From: Felis catus
Lineage: Eukaryota
Length of the DNA stretch: 64,000 nt
Assembly: GCF_018350175.1 (NCBI RefSeq)
Contig: NC_058368.1
Coordinates: forward strand, 116,252,001-116,316,000
Reading direction: 5' to 3'
The notes below the pieces were generated by a model. The model saw only the letters and a list, made by a program, of their open reading frames with translations, did no database searches and was not told where the DNA came from. Within the stretch, counting starts at the first letter, position 1. Each line of letters opens with the position of its first letter. Both the position numbers and the translations under genes were made by a program. Of the stretch, positions 12,679 to 25,725 are shown in pieces.

Positions 12679-14407
12679 GACTTTACAAAGAAACATATAT
12701 AAAGCAGTAAGTACACTGCCAGTCTTATTATAAGCCCTCAGTAAATGTGACCTGTTATCTTATTATCACTAGGCATTCTATCCTGACTACTCCATTCCCT
12801 TAGAAGTCTCTTTTCTTTCCCTTCTCCCCAGGTCTGAGGCTATATGTTGGGCTGGTATCAGGCGGAAGCTCACCTATCACCTATTTGGCCAAGTGCCACT
12901 TTGGGATTATTCTTCTGGGTGATCATTAGTACCTCTCTGGATGATCACCACCCAGGCCACACCTTAGTTCTCAGCAGCTGCCTGACCACCTCCTTCCCCC
13001 AAACCAAGCCACCTTAGGGTCAGGGCTCTCCCCAGGGGAGGGCGGAGGGAAACACTTCCTGACACACAGCCAAGTCACCCCCTTCCCCCCCCCCCCCCCC
13101 CCCCCGCCGCTGCCAGGTTCACACCCCACTCTCCTGTCCCAGCCTGCCTCTCCCTTTGCATGCTCTGTCCTTCCGCCTTCTCACCTCCACATCAGCCTTA
13201 GCCCCATTCATGGGGCAACTCCAAGCTTTCATCACACCTAGGAGCCTCACCCCACCTTGGTTTGCGTGTCAGCCAGGTCTTACGGGAAGGGCATGGAAAA
13301 AGAAGACAAAAGGCCTGGAATAATTTTGGGACAGTCACTTCCCCTCTGAGAACCTTGAGTGTCCTCTGACCAAAAAAAAAAAAAAAAAGAATCACGATTC
13401 ACGCTGGGGCAGCCTCATTGTCGTCTTTATTCCACAAACATACACTGAATGCTTTTCAGGCACTAGGGACACAGCAGTAAACAAGACGACTAAGAATATG
13501 TTCTCAGGGAGCTTATGTTCTACAGAAAGGGAGACAGGCAACGTACTAAGTCAATAAAAAAGGAAAAGCAGATACAATTACAAATGTTATAAGGAAAGTT
13601 AAAATACAATGATATCCTGTAGGATGATGTGTCCCAGTGCCTGAGATGACACTTGAGATTTGGTGACTGATCAGCAAAGTCCTCTCTGAGCAGGGGACAT
13701 GTAGGCTGAGGCCCGAGTAAAAAGAAGGAAACAGACTTGTGGTCATCCGTTGCAAAAGCATTCCAAGTCATGCAAATCGTGCAAAAACTACAGTGGGAAC
13801 AAATTGGAGCATTCAGGGAACAGCAAGAAGGCCAGAAAGGAAGGATGGATATGAGGTGACACTGAAGCAAAGGCTAGGGACAGATAACAGAAGACATTAC
13901 AGGCTGAGGTAGATGCTGGGTTTTATTCTCTATCCCTGTGAGCATCAAATAGATGTTGATGGGAAAGCACAACTATGCAGGATTTTTCATGTCCTCCTCC
14001 TTCACCTGCTCTCCAGCTGTCAAGTGCCGTGGATAAACTCCTAAGGAAGCAGAGTCCAAACAGGCCACTCCATTTCCCCAAGTGTCTATGGAACATGAAC
14101 GAACTGAGGCTTGGAGACTGGCTCTGGGCCACCAGTGAGTCACAAGGAGGCAAATCCAGAGCAGAAATCCTGGCATCCTAATCTCCAGCCCCGTGCTAGG
14201 TTCCCTGGTCTCTGGAAAGATAGGCTCCATGGGACACTGACTCACTGCTAAGCCATACAGACCTTGATTTGGGGAGAGGACTCACAAACCGAGGGGGAGG
14301 AGGTGGGAGCAAGGTGTACTGGCGGTGAGAAGAAAGGGGAGAAAGGGACTTGGAGCGGGAACCAGCCTGAAACCCTTGTCCAATGTGGCTGAGATGTCTA
14401 TGTTAGT

Positions 14408-14580
14408 AGGTTGGTTCCTGCAAACCTGGCTGTGCAGCAGCATTACCTGGGAATGTATTAAAGATAAAAAGGTCCAAGCTCCTCCCAGTCCTCCTAATTC
14501 AAAAACCTCCTGGGGTGGGGCCCAGGTATTTATACTTTTGTCGGTAATCCTGACATCAGCCAGGTTCAGAAGCACCGGTC
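14408..14580. mobile_element. MER5A-like hAT-Charlie MITE
   Basis: Ends GGTTCCTGCAAACCTGGCTG and CAGCCAGGTTCAGAAGCACC form inverted termini; internal GGGGTGGGGCCCAGG is typical of MER5. Confidence 0.6.
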
Positions 14581-15332
14581 TGTATGATTCACTGGGGTAA
14601 CATACCGAGCATCTGAACAAAATCTGAACCTCTGAGGCAGAGGCAGAGGCACTTTTGGTAAGGATACTTCTGTGCTCAACACCTCACACACATTTTCTTG
14701 CATGAGCCTCATAATTGCCCTCAGACTAGATATTCCTCCATCCTCTAAGGGGCTAAAGCTAAAACAGGCAACGGTCCAAGGTCACCCAGCTAGTGAGAAT
14801 CTAGGCCTCAATTTGAATTCCTTCCTTTTCTCTTGGGCCTGTGTTCTTAAGCTCAACACTGCCCTTAACAAATGGGTGAGACAATGGCTGCCCTCTCTCT
14901 GCTTCCACAGACAGTAACATCATCAGCTTTACAGAAGCTCAGGTCTCCACCTGTCCTGCAGGGGGATGGTGATAAGGGTCTGCCTCACAGGCTGGAAAAA
15001 GGACCAGGTAGGACAGCAGAGCAGCTAGTGAAATGAGTATACCCTTGGGAGCCAGACAGTCAAGGGTTCAAATTTTGAACATGCTATTTTTTAGCTTTCT
15101 AACTTAGGACTTGTTATTCAACTTCTCTGACCTACAGTTTGTTCATCTGCAAGATGGGAATAATAATAGTAATAATAAAGCCCTATTATTATAGGGCTTT
15201 GTGATGGTTAAATCAGATCATGTATATAAAGCAGAATATGATGGGTGGCACATGGTAGGTGCTTACTTGGTGACGGCTGCTATTAACAACTGCTTCAAAC
15301 CTCACGCCCACCCCCAAATCCCCAAATGGTCC

Positions 15333-15390
<58 letters not shown>

Positions 15391-15405
15391 CTCTTTCTTT
15401 CTTTC

Positions 15406-15448
<43 letters not shown>

Positions 15449-15572
15449 CTTTCTTTCCTTCCTTCCTTCCTTCCTTCCTTCCTTCCTTCCTTCCTTTCTT
15501 TCTTTCTTTCTTTTTCTTTTCTCTCTTTCCCACCTCTCTCTTTCTTTCCCTCCCTCCCTCCCTTCCTTCCTT
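15333..15572. repeat. Compound (TTTC)n/(TTCC)n polypyrimidine microsatellite
   Basis: About 240 nt of almost pure pyrimidine tetranucleotide repeats. Confidence 0.97.
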
Positions 15573-16869
15573 TAAGCGGGAACTTTAAAAAGGTGCTGCT
15601 TGGTCATGGGGCAACCATCCTCCCTCAGAGCTGAAGTGGTCTCTCTCTGCTCAGAGATGGCCATGCTTATGATGAGAGGGTGGACTCCAAGGCCTCCTAG
15701 AGTTTTGAAAACGTTTACCCAAGATAGCAACCCTGGTTCAGTTCTCAGAGAATAGCATGTGTCCCCTGGGGGAGGGGACTCAGCCACCTTCCCCTTCCAC
15801 TCTGACCAGGAGGAGTGAGTCCTAATCAGACCCAGAGCTCTGGCAGCCAGGGAAAGGGCACCTCCACTGAGGGTACTACTATCACCAGGAGCCATGAACC
15901 CAGAGTTACCTAAACTTGAAAGTTCATAGTTAAGGAGTCATTGTTCCCTGCCTCAGTCTGGCTTCATCCCTGCTCTGCATCCCCATCTGAGCCAGTTGAT
16001 CAGGCAGTTTTGGGGGTACAGCTGGATCTGTACTCAGATCTGCCCTTTGGAGCCCCCTTGTACCTCCTCTGCTGACTGGAGGTTCCTGGAGATAGTGCCA
16101 GATAACATACTTCGTGCACACCCAGGAGTGAACAGGATCTCCTGTCTGATTGCCTGGGGTCAGGATCTATTTGCATAGGATGAAGACTAGGAACTGGTGA
16201 TTTGGGGAGGGGGTACAGGGGCATGAGGAGTCCCTGTCATCGCCAGATGTTGAGGAAGGAATATTTGTAAGGTGCTTGGCTCAGGCCTGGATTTCAAGCC
16301 ATCCTCCTCCATTTCTGGGCCCATTTCTGGGACTTTGAGGGATTAACATCTCCAGTCTTAGGATTTTGTCACTTTGGCTGTCCCATAGCACAGATGGCTG
16401 TCTGTCATCAAAGAGAGGGCAAGTGATTCTTCTTGTCCAACACACAACCCACTCTCCTCTTTAAGCCTCAGGTTCCTCACACGGAAAACGAGAGGTTGAA
16501 ACAACTGTTCTGTATTCAGGCACCGGCCAATAAGGTCCATCATGAATTGTTCGCAGGCATGCTGCTATCCAAAGGCCTGCTGAGACAATTCTATGGCAAC
16601 GAACAGTGCTTGATCTATGAGGCATGATAACATTTCTCTCGGTGCCTCAGCTTCTTCGTCTCTCAGTGTGGAGAATAACAGTCTACTTAGGGGGTCCTTG
16701 TGACTAGGGACGTAGCACCTCTGAAAGTGCTTGGCAAAATGGGAAGCCCTAAGTAAATACGTCAGTACCATTATTACTAACTTCTCCAGGGTTCAGCCTT
16801 GGAATGAGGTCACATCACATCCTGTACCAGAAATGTGTAAGTTTGGTTCCTCTTAGAAATGCGATCACA

Positions 16870-17970
16870 GGGGCTCCTGGGTGGCTCAGTCAGTTGAGCG
16901 TCTGATTCTTGATTTCCATTAAGGTCATGATCCTTGGGGTCTTGAAATCAAGCCCTGTGCTGGGCTCCACGTTGAATGTGGACGCTGCTTGAGATTTTCT
17001 CTCTCCCTCTGCCCTTCTCCTCTGCACTCAATCTCTCTCTCTAAAAAATAAAATAAAAATAAACAACAACAACAACAAAAAAAGAAATGTGATCAGAGAG
17101 CTGAAATTTAGCAATTTAACCTTATCTATTTGCTTTTTTTTTTTTTTTTAAACTGAGGGTTGGTCTAAGACAATGATTCACAAAGGAAGAGATACTGCCC
17201 CCTAAGGGTCATTCTACAAATCTGCGGGGAGTCCTCAGGCATTTGGAGGAAAAGATGTCAGGCTCAATTAAAATGTGCCCCACCCCCCACCACACTGTCC
17301 TACATTCCACATGCTTTGTAAAGAGTACAAATAAAGCATGCAGAATTGTATCTCTATAATTATTTCAGTTTTTTAAACTTCACATTTTTTTAAAGTTTAT
17401 TTATTTATTTGTTTAAGTAATCTCTACGCCCAATATGGGTCTCAAACTCACAACCGCAAGATCAAGAGTCACATGCTCTTCCAACTGAGCCAGCCAGGTG
17501 CCCCTCTCTATAATTATTTTATTTTATTTTTTGAGTTTATTTATTTATTTATTTGAGAGAGACAGAGACAGCATGAGTGGGAGAGGGGCAGAGAGAGAGG
17601 GAGAGAGAGAGAATCACAAGCAGGTTCTGTGTTGACAGCACAGAGCCCCATGTGGGGTCTGAATCCACAAAACCATGAGATCATGACGTGAACCCAAACC
17701 AAGGGTCAGGCCCTTAACGGACTCAGCCACCCAGGCGCCCCTCTATAATTATTTTAAAATACTTTTGAAAACCGGGGGCACCTGGGTGGCTCAGTTGGTT
17801 AAGCGTCTGACTTTGGCTCAGGTCATGATCTCACAGCTTGTGAGTTCGAGCCCCGTGTCAGGCTCTGTGCTGACAGCTCAGAGCCTGGAGCCTGCTTCAG
17901 ATTCTGTGTCTCCCTCTCTCTCTGACCCTCCCCTGCTCACACTCTCTCTTGCTTTCTCAAAAAAATAAAA
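16870..17970. mobile_element. Cluster of CanSINEs (16870-17083 +, 17385-17503 -, 17520-17741 -, 17774-17970 +)
   Basis: Canonical SINE heads and tails. Confidence 0.88.
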
Positions 17971-19647
17971 ATACTTTTCAAAACCTACGTATAGGAAAAA
18001 AACCTGGAAAAATACATCAAAATGTTAACATGGACAGATTTCTACAAAAGAGAAAAAAGTAAATGTGTAGATGCCATATTCTCTGTGAACTTTATTTCAG
18101 GATAGTAAAGGAATGTTACCGTACTGGCTCTAAAAAAATTGATTCTGAAAGGATTGAGGACCACTGAAACCAGAGGTAGTCACATGAGAAGCTTCTATGT
18201 ATCCTTTGTAAAACTGCTGTTCTAGATACTATTACATATAAGGTCCCTGGCCATTGCCTGAATAAGGTGTAATGAATTCCTCTTGTAGTTGAATGTTAGA
18301 AATTTTGACTCTCATGACCATCTGGCATAGCTCCTTCCTTTTATTAGATAATGACAAATGTGGAATTCATGTGTTCCCTTTTTGCCTCCACCTCCAGGAA
18401 GCTCACAATTAAGTTTTGATTCTCAGCTGCAATGATTATCTCTAGCCTAGAATTTTGAGGAGAACTATTTCTTTCTTCTCCAATTTGGTTTCATTATGAG
18501 GGATCGTGTTTTAAATATTTACTTGTATCTATGTCTTTTATTGTCTTTAAATCTTTGCTGTAAGTAAGGGGAGCATAAATAATTAATGTGAAGCTCAAAA
18601 ATCACATACCTGCAGTTGTCTTCCCAACACTTCCCGAGTCTGGAAATCTCGGGGGGCCTGAAAAGCCTGAGACAGAGCAATTTAGGGCAGGTGCAGGTGC
18701 TTTTGTGCTGCAGACTCAGTCTCTCTGATACCTCTTCCTCCTCTCCTTCAAACGCCCTCACCCCTCTACTCCAGATGGAGAGTGGGCATTATGAGGAGAT
18801 GAGGAGTAGAAGCAGGATCCAACTGTCAGGGCCCACTCCAAGTGTTGGCTGGATCTGGGTGGTCTGGGGTCAAGTTGCGTATCAGGGAAGGGCACCAGCT
18901 CCAGGATCAGAGAAGCCCAGACCTCCAACTGGAGAGACTCTCCCTCCACACAAGTTCTGCTAGCATCTTGTCTGAATCCCTCAGAGCATAGGCTTTGGAA
19001 CTCGGGCTGAGGCATGCAACTGACCCCTTCCTGAACCCTGGCCCACTAGCCCGCAGCTATGACTTTGGCCAAGGTACCTCTGAGGCTCAGTTTCCTTATT
19101 CAGACGGATACCTACCTCCAGGGGCCATGGTGAAAACTCATAGAGGTGACCTGAGAGGTGCTAAGACAGTGCTGGAAGCAGTCAGAAGCCAGTGGATACT
19201 GCTCCCCAGGGGGAAGGGGGGCAGCCCTGCAGCCCTGGGTCAGTGTTAATCTTGCACCAGTCTGCCACCCCCAGCTGGGAGCGCCTGGAGGCAAGAGTTT
19301 GCGTTAAATATCAGCTCCTCACTCAGTAGCTATGGCAAATGGCTTAAACTTTCTGAGCCTCACTGTTCTTATAATAAAGTGGGAATAATGAAATGTGCCT
19401 CATATTGGCGGCGTGAGTAAAATTATTAACAGTGGTTATTTTGGGGTAAGGGCATTGTGAAAATGTGTTATGTTTTATGCATATGGGCTTTTGCTGTTTT
19501 TTCTACAACAAATAGGAATTTAAAAAACATGAATTATTTATGTATTGTAAGTCATTTCAAAACATGCCTTTTCTAAAAAAAAAACAACTTAAATTTACTG
19601 AGTGCTCACTACATTTTTGGCATTGCTCTGAGCACTTTATTTTTTGA

Positions 19648-20071
19648 TATTTATTTTTTAATGTTTGTTTGTTTGTTTGTTTATTTTGAGAGAGAGGGAG
19701 AGAGAGAGAATCCCAAGCAGGCTCTGAGCTGTCAGCACAGATCCCAATGTGACGGTGAATTCATGACCCGAGCCTAAATCAAGAGTCAGATGCTTATCCA
19801 ACCAAGCCACCCAGGTGCCCCTGCTCTGAGCCCTTTATATACATTATCTCATTTAATTCTCCCAACAGTTGAGGCACCTGGGTGGCTCAGTCTGTTAAGC
19901 GTCTGACTTTACCCTAGGTCATGATCTTGCTGTTCCTGAATTTGAGCCCTGTGTCAGGCTCTGTGCTGACAGCTCAGAGCCTGGAGCCTGTTTCAGATTC
20001 TGTGTCTCCCTCTCTCTCTGCCCCCCCTGCACTCGCACTCTGTCTCTCTCAAAATTAAACTTAAAAAAAAA
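19648..20071. mobile_element. Two CanSINEs (19648-19821 -, 19871-20071 +) inside older MIR-like sequence
   Basis: Canonical SINE heads and tails. Confidence 0.85.
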
Positions 20072-20145
20072 ATTTAGTTCTCACAACAGTCCTCTGAGGA
20101 AGATAGTATGTTCATCCCCAGTTTAGAGACAAGAAAACCAATGTG

Positions 20146-21186
20146 GTTTTTTATTTTATTTTATTTTTTTTAATTTACATCCAAATTAGGTAGCATATAG
20201 TGCAACAATGATTTCAGGAGTAGATTCCTTAGTGCCCCTTACCCATTTAGCCCATCCCCTCTCCCACAACGCTTCCAGTAACCTTCTGTTTGTTCTCCAT
20301 ATTGAAGAGTCTCTTATGTTTTATCCCCCTCCCTGTTTTTATATTATTTTTGTTTCCCTTACCTTATGTTCATCTGTTTTGTCTCTTAAAGTCCTCATAT
20401 GAGTGAAGCCATATGATTTTTGTCTTTCTCTGACTAATTTCACTTAGCATTATACCTTCCAGTTCCATCCACATAGTTGCAAATGGCAAGATTTCACTCT
20501 TTTTGATTGCTGAGTAATACTCCATTGTATAGATATACCACTTCTTCTTCATCCATTCATCCATTGATGGACATTTGGGCTCTTTCCATACTTTGGCTAT
20601 TGTTGATAGTGCTGCTATAAACATTGGGGTGTATATGTCCCTTCGAAATAGCACACCTGTATCCCTTAGATAAATACCCAGTAGTGCAATTTGCTGAGTT
20701 GTAGGGTAGTTCTATTTTTAATTTTTGGGGTAACCTCCATACTGTTCTCCAGAGTGGCTGCACCAGCTTGCACTCCCACCAACAGTGCAAAAGAGATTGT
20801 CTTTCTCCGCATCCTCGCCAACATCTCTTGTTGCCTGAGTTGTTAATGTTAGACATTCTGACAGATGTAAGGTGGTATCTCATTGTGGTTTTGATTTGTA
20901 TTTCTCTGATGATGAGTGATGTTGAGCATTTTTTCATGTGTCGGCTGGCCATCTGGATGTCTTCTTTGGAGAAGTGTCTATTCATGTCTTTTGCCCATTT
21001 CTTCACTGGATTATTTGTTTTTTGGGTGTTGAGTTTGATACGTTCTTTATAGATTTTGGATACTAACCCTTTATCTGATATGTCATTTGCAAATATCATC
21101 TCCCATTCTGTTCGTTGCCTTTTAGTTTTGCTGATTGTTTCCTTCACTGTGAAGAAGTTTTTTATTTTGATGAGGTCCCAGTAGTT
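20146..21186 (-). mobile_element. 5'-truncated carnivore LINE-1 (ORF2 C-terminus plus 3'UTR)
   Basis: Translation [22 protein letters not shown]...[23 protein letters not shown]...TTMRYHLT and [22 protein letters not shown]-rich tail; 16-bp flanking direct repeat CAAGAAAACCAATGTG (20130-20145, 21187-21202). Confidence 0.95.
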
Positions 21187-24139
21187 CAAGAAAACCAATG
21201 TGTAAGGAAGTTGAGCAACTTGCCCCGCTTGTTGTGAGTGAATCTATACATGTGATACACTTTCATAAAACTATAATGGATACATACATACATGGATGTA
21301 TACATACACATGGATATACACATAGACAAATGAATGCATGTAGGAACAAGTAAAATCTGAATAAGGCCTGCAGTCTAGCTAACAGTATTGTACCTATGTC
21401 ATTTTCCTGATTTTGATATTGTGCTATCTTTATGTAAGATATTACCATTGGGGAAAGCTGGGTGAGGTCCAGCTGAAGACCTCTCTGTAGCTTTTTTATT
21501 TTTCCTGCAACTTCTTCATTTCTTATTCTATAGACTCTGATAAATATATAGTCAAAAATTAAAAAGTTCTTAAAAACTAAAAGTTTTTTTTTAAAGCTTA
21601 TTTAGGATTATTTAGGATTACAAGGATTACATGAGATAATGTGCCTAGAACACAGGGTTGGATTCAATTGACATTTCAATATATATTTTCTTTCTTCCCC
21701 ACTCTGGGAGTGACTATTTTCACAGATATAGTAATAATGGCCTCCATATAGTGTGTTCTATGTGCTAGGCTTAATTTCCATGCATTGTTTCACTTAATAA
21801 AACCTAAAAGGCATGGGTCCTTTTATTATTCCCCATTTGCTCATAGGAAAACTAAGGTTCTGCAGTGACAAATCTCTTCTCCACTTGTTAGAAAGTGACC
21901 AAGTCTGGATTTACACCAAGGCAGTCTGTTCATGACACCACTCCATCCCCTCCAGGTTCAGCTCAGAGTATTGCATAAAGGTATGCTTTGAACCTTGGAA
22001 ATCATCTACCCCAACTGTCTCAGTTTATACAAAGAAAACACGCTAGAAAGGGGAAGGGCTTTGGTCAAGAACACCTAATAAATCTGTGACTGAGCCAGGA
22101 TGAGAACCCAGTGTTGGGATTCCTGGATCAGGGTATTTTCCAGTGCCCACAGGCAAGGCTGCTCACCCATATAGCATACTTCCTCTGAACCCTGCCTTGG
22201 AGACAACTGGTGCCCACAGATAGACCTGCAGGTTCTCACTCACACCCCTCACCCACCCACACAGCTCAGGCCACTCGGGACCCAAAGGTAGGAGTGGGGC
22301 CCTGGGAGAGTGGAGGCATGGTGACCCTCTACTGCAGGCAGCCTTGAGAAGTAGGGTAGTTAGGGTCACAGAGAAGGCAAGGGCAGACCCTCTGAACTTT
22401 GGCAGGAATGGGGATGGGAAAGGAGGCTATGTGCAAGAGGTCCCTGTTCCTGTCCCCCCTCAGGCTCTCCTGAGTCACTTGCTCTGAGGTTGGGGCACAT
22501 TCTTGAAGGGGATGGTCACAGGGATTCCAGGCCCTCTCAGGCCCTAGGCCAGTTTCTATTCTTCCTGGGGCTGAAACCAACTCCCACCTCAGACTCAGCA
22601 CCCGGTTTCCACATGGTAATATAATGACTCACTCCATTCCTATCTTGGGACCTCCTTGGACTTGGGGCAAATCGCTCCAAGTCCAGACTTGGGGTTGGTG
22701 GGAAGGGTCATCAGCCCAAGTCCCATTTCCCAGGGAGGAGGGGTGTCCCATGTATCTAGTGGAGGGTTTAACCCACTTTCAAAAGAGCACGATTGGCCCT
22801 CTTTCTCCATCCTTGTTGCGCGGCTCCCACATCCCATCCCGCCGGGCCAATCCAGGGAATGTTGGAGCATTAAGGACCCCTCCCTTTCCTCTTGTCACCT
22901 CATCGCCCTGGCAAGTCCACTGGGGAAGCAAACCCTGCAGCCTAGTGGACCAAGCGATCCTGTCCGCGGGGAGCAGCGCCCTCGTGTGGCCTCCAGGAGA
23001 AACGCGTTTATTTCCCAGCACCCTCCCCCCCAACCCCCCTCCCCACCCCCGTCCCTTTCTATGCTCTCATTGAACAAGAATTTATTGAGTGCCGTTAGGT
23101 ACCTGCTCTGGGGGCCCCGGGGAAGAAGATAGGTAAAATACCTGCTCTGTGAACGGTACATTCCAGTGTGTGTGTAGGTGTGTGGGGTGGGGTGGGGGGT
23201 GGGGGGAGGTGCAGGCAATATACGACAAATACACGAGGCAGATACTAGTAGTGATAACTGTTAGAAAGAAAATGAAACTGAGAAATGTGATGGAAAAACA
23301 GGGTTGGATGGAAAAAAAGAAAAAGGTCTCCTTGAATAGGTAACGTCTAAGATGACACTTAGGTGACAGGGATCCAGTCATGTAACCATCTGGAAGGAAA
23401 ACTTCCCTTGCAGAGATGAGAACTAGAAGACCCCCAGGCAGGAACAGGCTTTACATAATAGACAAAGACCAGGACAGCTAGAAAGGAATCAGCAAGAGAG
23501 AATGAATGGTACGAGATGTGGTCATGGAGGTAGGCTAGGGCCAGACTACAGATTTTATAGGTCATGACGGAGTTTGATTTTTCTTCTAGAAGTAATAGGA
23601 ATGTATTGGGTGAGGTTTGAGAAGAGTAACATAGCTTGATTGCCTTTTAAAACAATTCCTATGGCTGCTGTGCAGAGAATGAACTTCGGCCAAGGAAGAG
23701 TGGAGGCAGGGGGATTATTGCAAGAGATTAAAAGCTATAGAGATAATTCAGGTGACACATGGTGGTGGCTTGGAACAGGGTAGAAGTGGAGGATGTGGGA
23801 GATGTGGTTGGATGCTGGGTTTACTTTGAAGGTAGAGCCAAGAGGACTTGCCAATAGACCACATTTTCTTCTGCTCCTTTGGCCCTGGGAACTCCATACA
23901 CACACTCTAGTTGGCTCCTCTATCCTCACTGGGGGTCTGGGTTACAGAGGCAGACCCCAGGGACCCAGCTAAATTGCAAAGTTTCCAGGATCAAACAAAG
24001 GAATTTAAGACTCAGGCGTTGTGTTCTCCATGAACTGTCTCCACTTTCCATTATTAGCCCATTTAATGGGAGGGGACTCTGCCTGTTGTCTCCCTTACTC
24101 GATCTAGCCTGGCTTCTATACCCCCAGTTACTCATTAAG

Positions 24140-24621
24140 ACATTTGTTTATCCAAATAGGGGCCCTTAGGGTGTATTGGTGACACCCAAAACAGTCCTGG
24201 GGGTGGTGGTGTTTGTATCTGATACAGAGTAGGGGGCAGGATCATCTGATGGTCTCAGTCTTCAGACCCAGGCCAAGTGACTTACTCATGTTAATTTACA
24301 CAAAACACAGTGGGGTCAGACCTGATCCCACAGAAAATGCACACAACAATTTTGCCCCAGGCTGGGCATTTCTTTAGAGCCTGGGAAAGATCAAGCTAGC
24401 CTTACAAACATTCTCGGGCAGCAAGGGCTGGGGAAAGCAAGCAAGAAAGGGGATTACCCAGCTGGCTCTGGAGTCAGCAGGCCCTGCTCTGTTTGTGTTG
24501 TGCTGCATGGAGGGTGGGGGTGCATTATAAATGCAGCCAGCCAGAGGGCCCCTGGCTCAAAACCTAGGACTCAAAACTTAGGACTGCACCATCCCTGGGA
24601 GTCTGTGCAAGCCTCCCCAAG
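24140..24621 (+). promoter_or_regulatory. SLC4A9: SLC4A9 proximal promoter: TATA box and forkhead motifs
   Basis: TATAAA 24526-24531; forkhead cores TGTTTAT 24145-24151, TGTTTGT 24210-24216, TACAAACA 24403-24410, TGTTTGT 24490-24496. Confidence 0.7.
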
Positions 24622-24839
24622 ATGAAGCTGCCAGGCCAGGAAGAGTTTGAAGTCTCCAGTGCTTGTGAAAATGTGCCCACAGGAGAGCTGGAGAATGGCC
24701 CTGGCTCTTGCCCCAGCCCTGACGGCACCTCAGACACAGACAGAGGGGATCGGGGGGTACCCACGGACCCTCTGCTCTTCATTCAGCTGAATGAACTTCT
24801 GGGCTGGCCCCAGGCACTGGAGTGGAGAGAGACAGGCAG
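24622..24839 (+). CDS. SLC4A9: SLC4A9 exon 1 coding
   Basis: ATG 24622; MKLPGQEE...LFIQLNELLGWPQALEWRETGR; donor CAG|GTGAGT. Confidence 0.93.
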
Positions 24840-25180
24840 GTGAGTGGGACCCAGGGCAATTTTATGGGGTCTTGCCCCTTCCCCGGCTGGTGACTCCTCC
24901 TGTTTGGGGAGATGCTCTGCCCCAATTAAGAGTTCCTCTCTGTGCTCTCCAATTCAGGCCCTCACCCTCCATGATGCTCAGTTTTCTCTGCAGTCTACTT
25001 TTGAGTTCCCCAAGACCCCAGATGAGGGGTGAATGTCCAGGAAGGGGCATGCTATGCACCACTGGGCCCAGCCTCCCCCCCCCCCACCATTGCTCTACTT
25101 TCCCTGGATCTCCTGTGTTCCCACAACCTGGACCTGGGAGAGATGGCCCCAATAACACAGTCTATTCCTCTCCACCACAG

Positions 25181-25341
25181 GTGGGTGCTGTTTGAGGAGA
25201 AGCTGGAGGTGGGTGCAGGCCGGTGGAGTGTCCCTCACGTGCCCACCCTGGCACTGCCCAGCCTTCAGAAGCTCCGCAGCCTACTGGCCGAGGGCCTTGT
25301 GCTGCTGGACTGTCCAGCTCAGAGCTTCCTGGAACTCGTGG
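25181..25341 (+). CDS. SLC4A9: SLC4A9 exon 2
   Basis: acceptor CCACCACAG|G; WVLFEEKLEVGAGRWSVPHVPTLALPSLQKLRSLL...LELV; donor G|GTATGC. Confidence 0.94.
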
Positions 25342-25611
25342 GTATGCTGGGAGCCTGTACAGGGAGGGCCTGAGTAGCTATGCCATTTCCCTAAGACTTC
25401 CCCCCAAAGCCTTGGAACTTTCCAGAGCTCACCCCACTGCACCCTAGGGATTATCCGTCCCTGTCACAGGGAGGAGATGGAAAAGCAGAATGGAGGAGCA
25501 ACTTTCCTGAGATTCCCAGAAGGGAAAGGGAGCCAGGCAGAGGGGAAAGGGGAAGAGTGTGGGGACAGGGAGCTCTCAGGAGAGGGTTGAAGGCCCATCT
25601 CTATTCTTTAG

Positions 25612-25725
25612 AACAGGTGACAAGAGTGGAGTCGCTGAGCCCAGAGCTGAGAGGGCAGCTGCAGGCCTTACTGCTGCAGAGACCCCAGCATCTCATCCAG
25701 CCCACAGGCACCAGGCCCTGCCAGG
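25612..25725 (+). CDS. SLC4A9: SLC4A9 exon 3
   Basis: acceptor TTCTTTAG|AA; EQVTRVESLSPELRGQLQALLLQRPQH...PCQ; donor G|GTGAGA. Confidence 0.94.

Noticed and set aside
15201..15634. ORFs rich in F/L/S or K/E/R
   Set aside because: Translations of the (TTTC)n/(TTCC)n microsatellite.
20557..21198. 213-aa ORF
   Set aside because: LINE-1 ORF2 C-terminal remnant with frameshift in a 5'-truncated, inactive copy.
24622..24631. HBEGF and SLC4A9 both begin ATGAAGCTGC
   Set aside because: A 10-nt match with no further similarity; coincidence.
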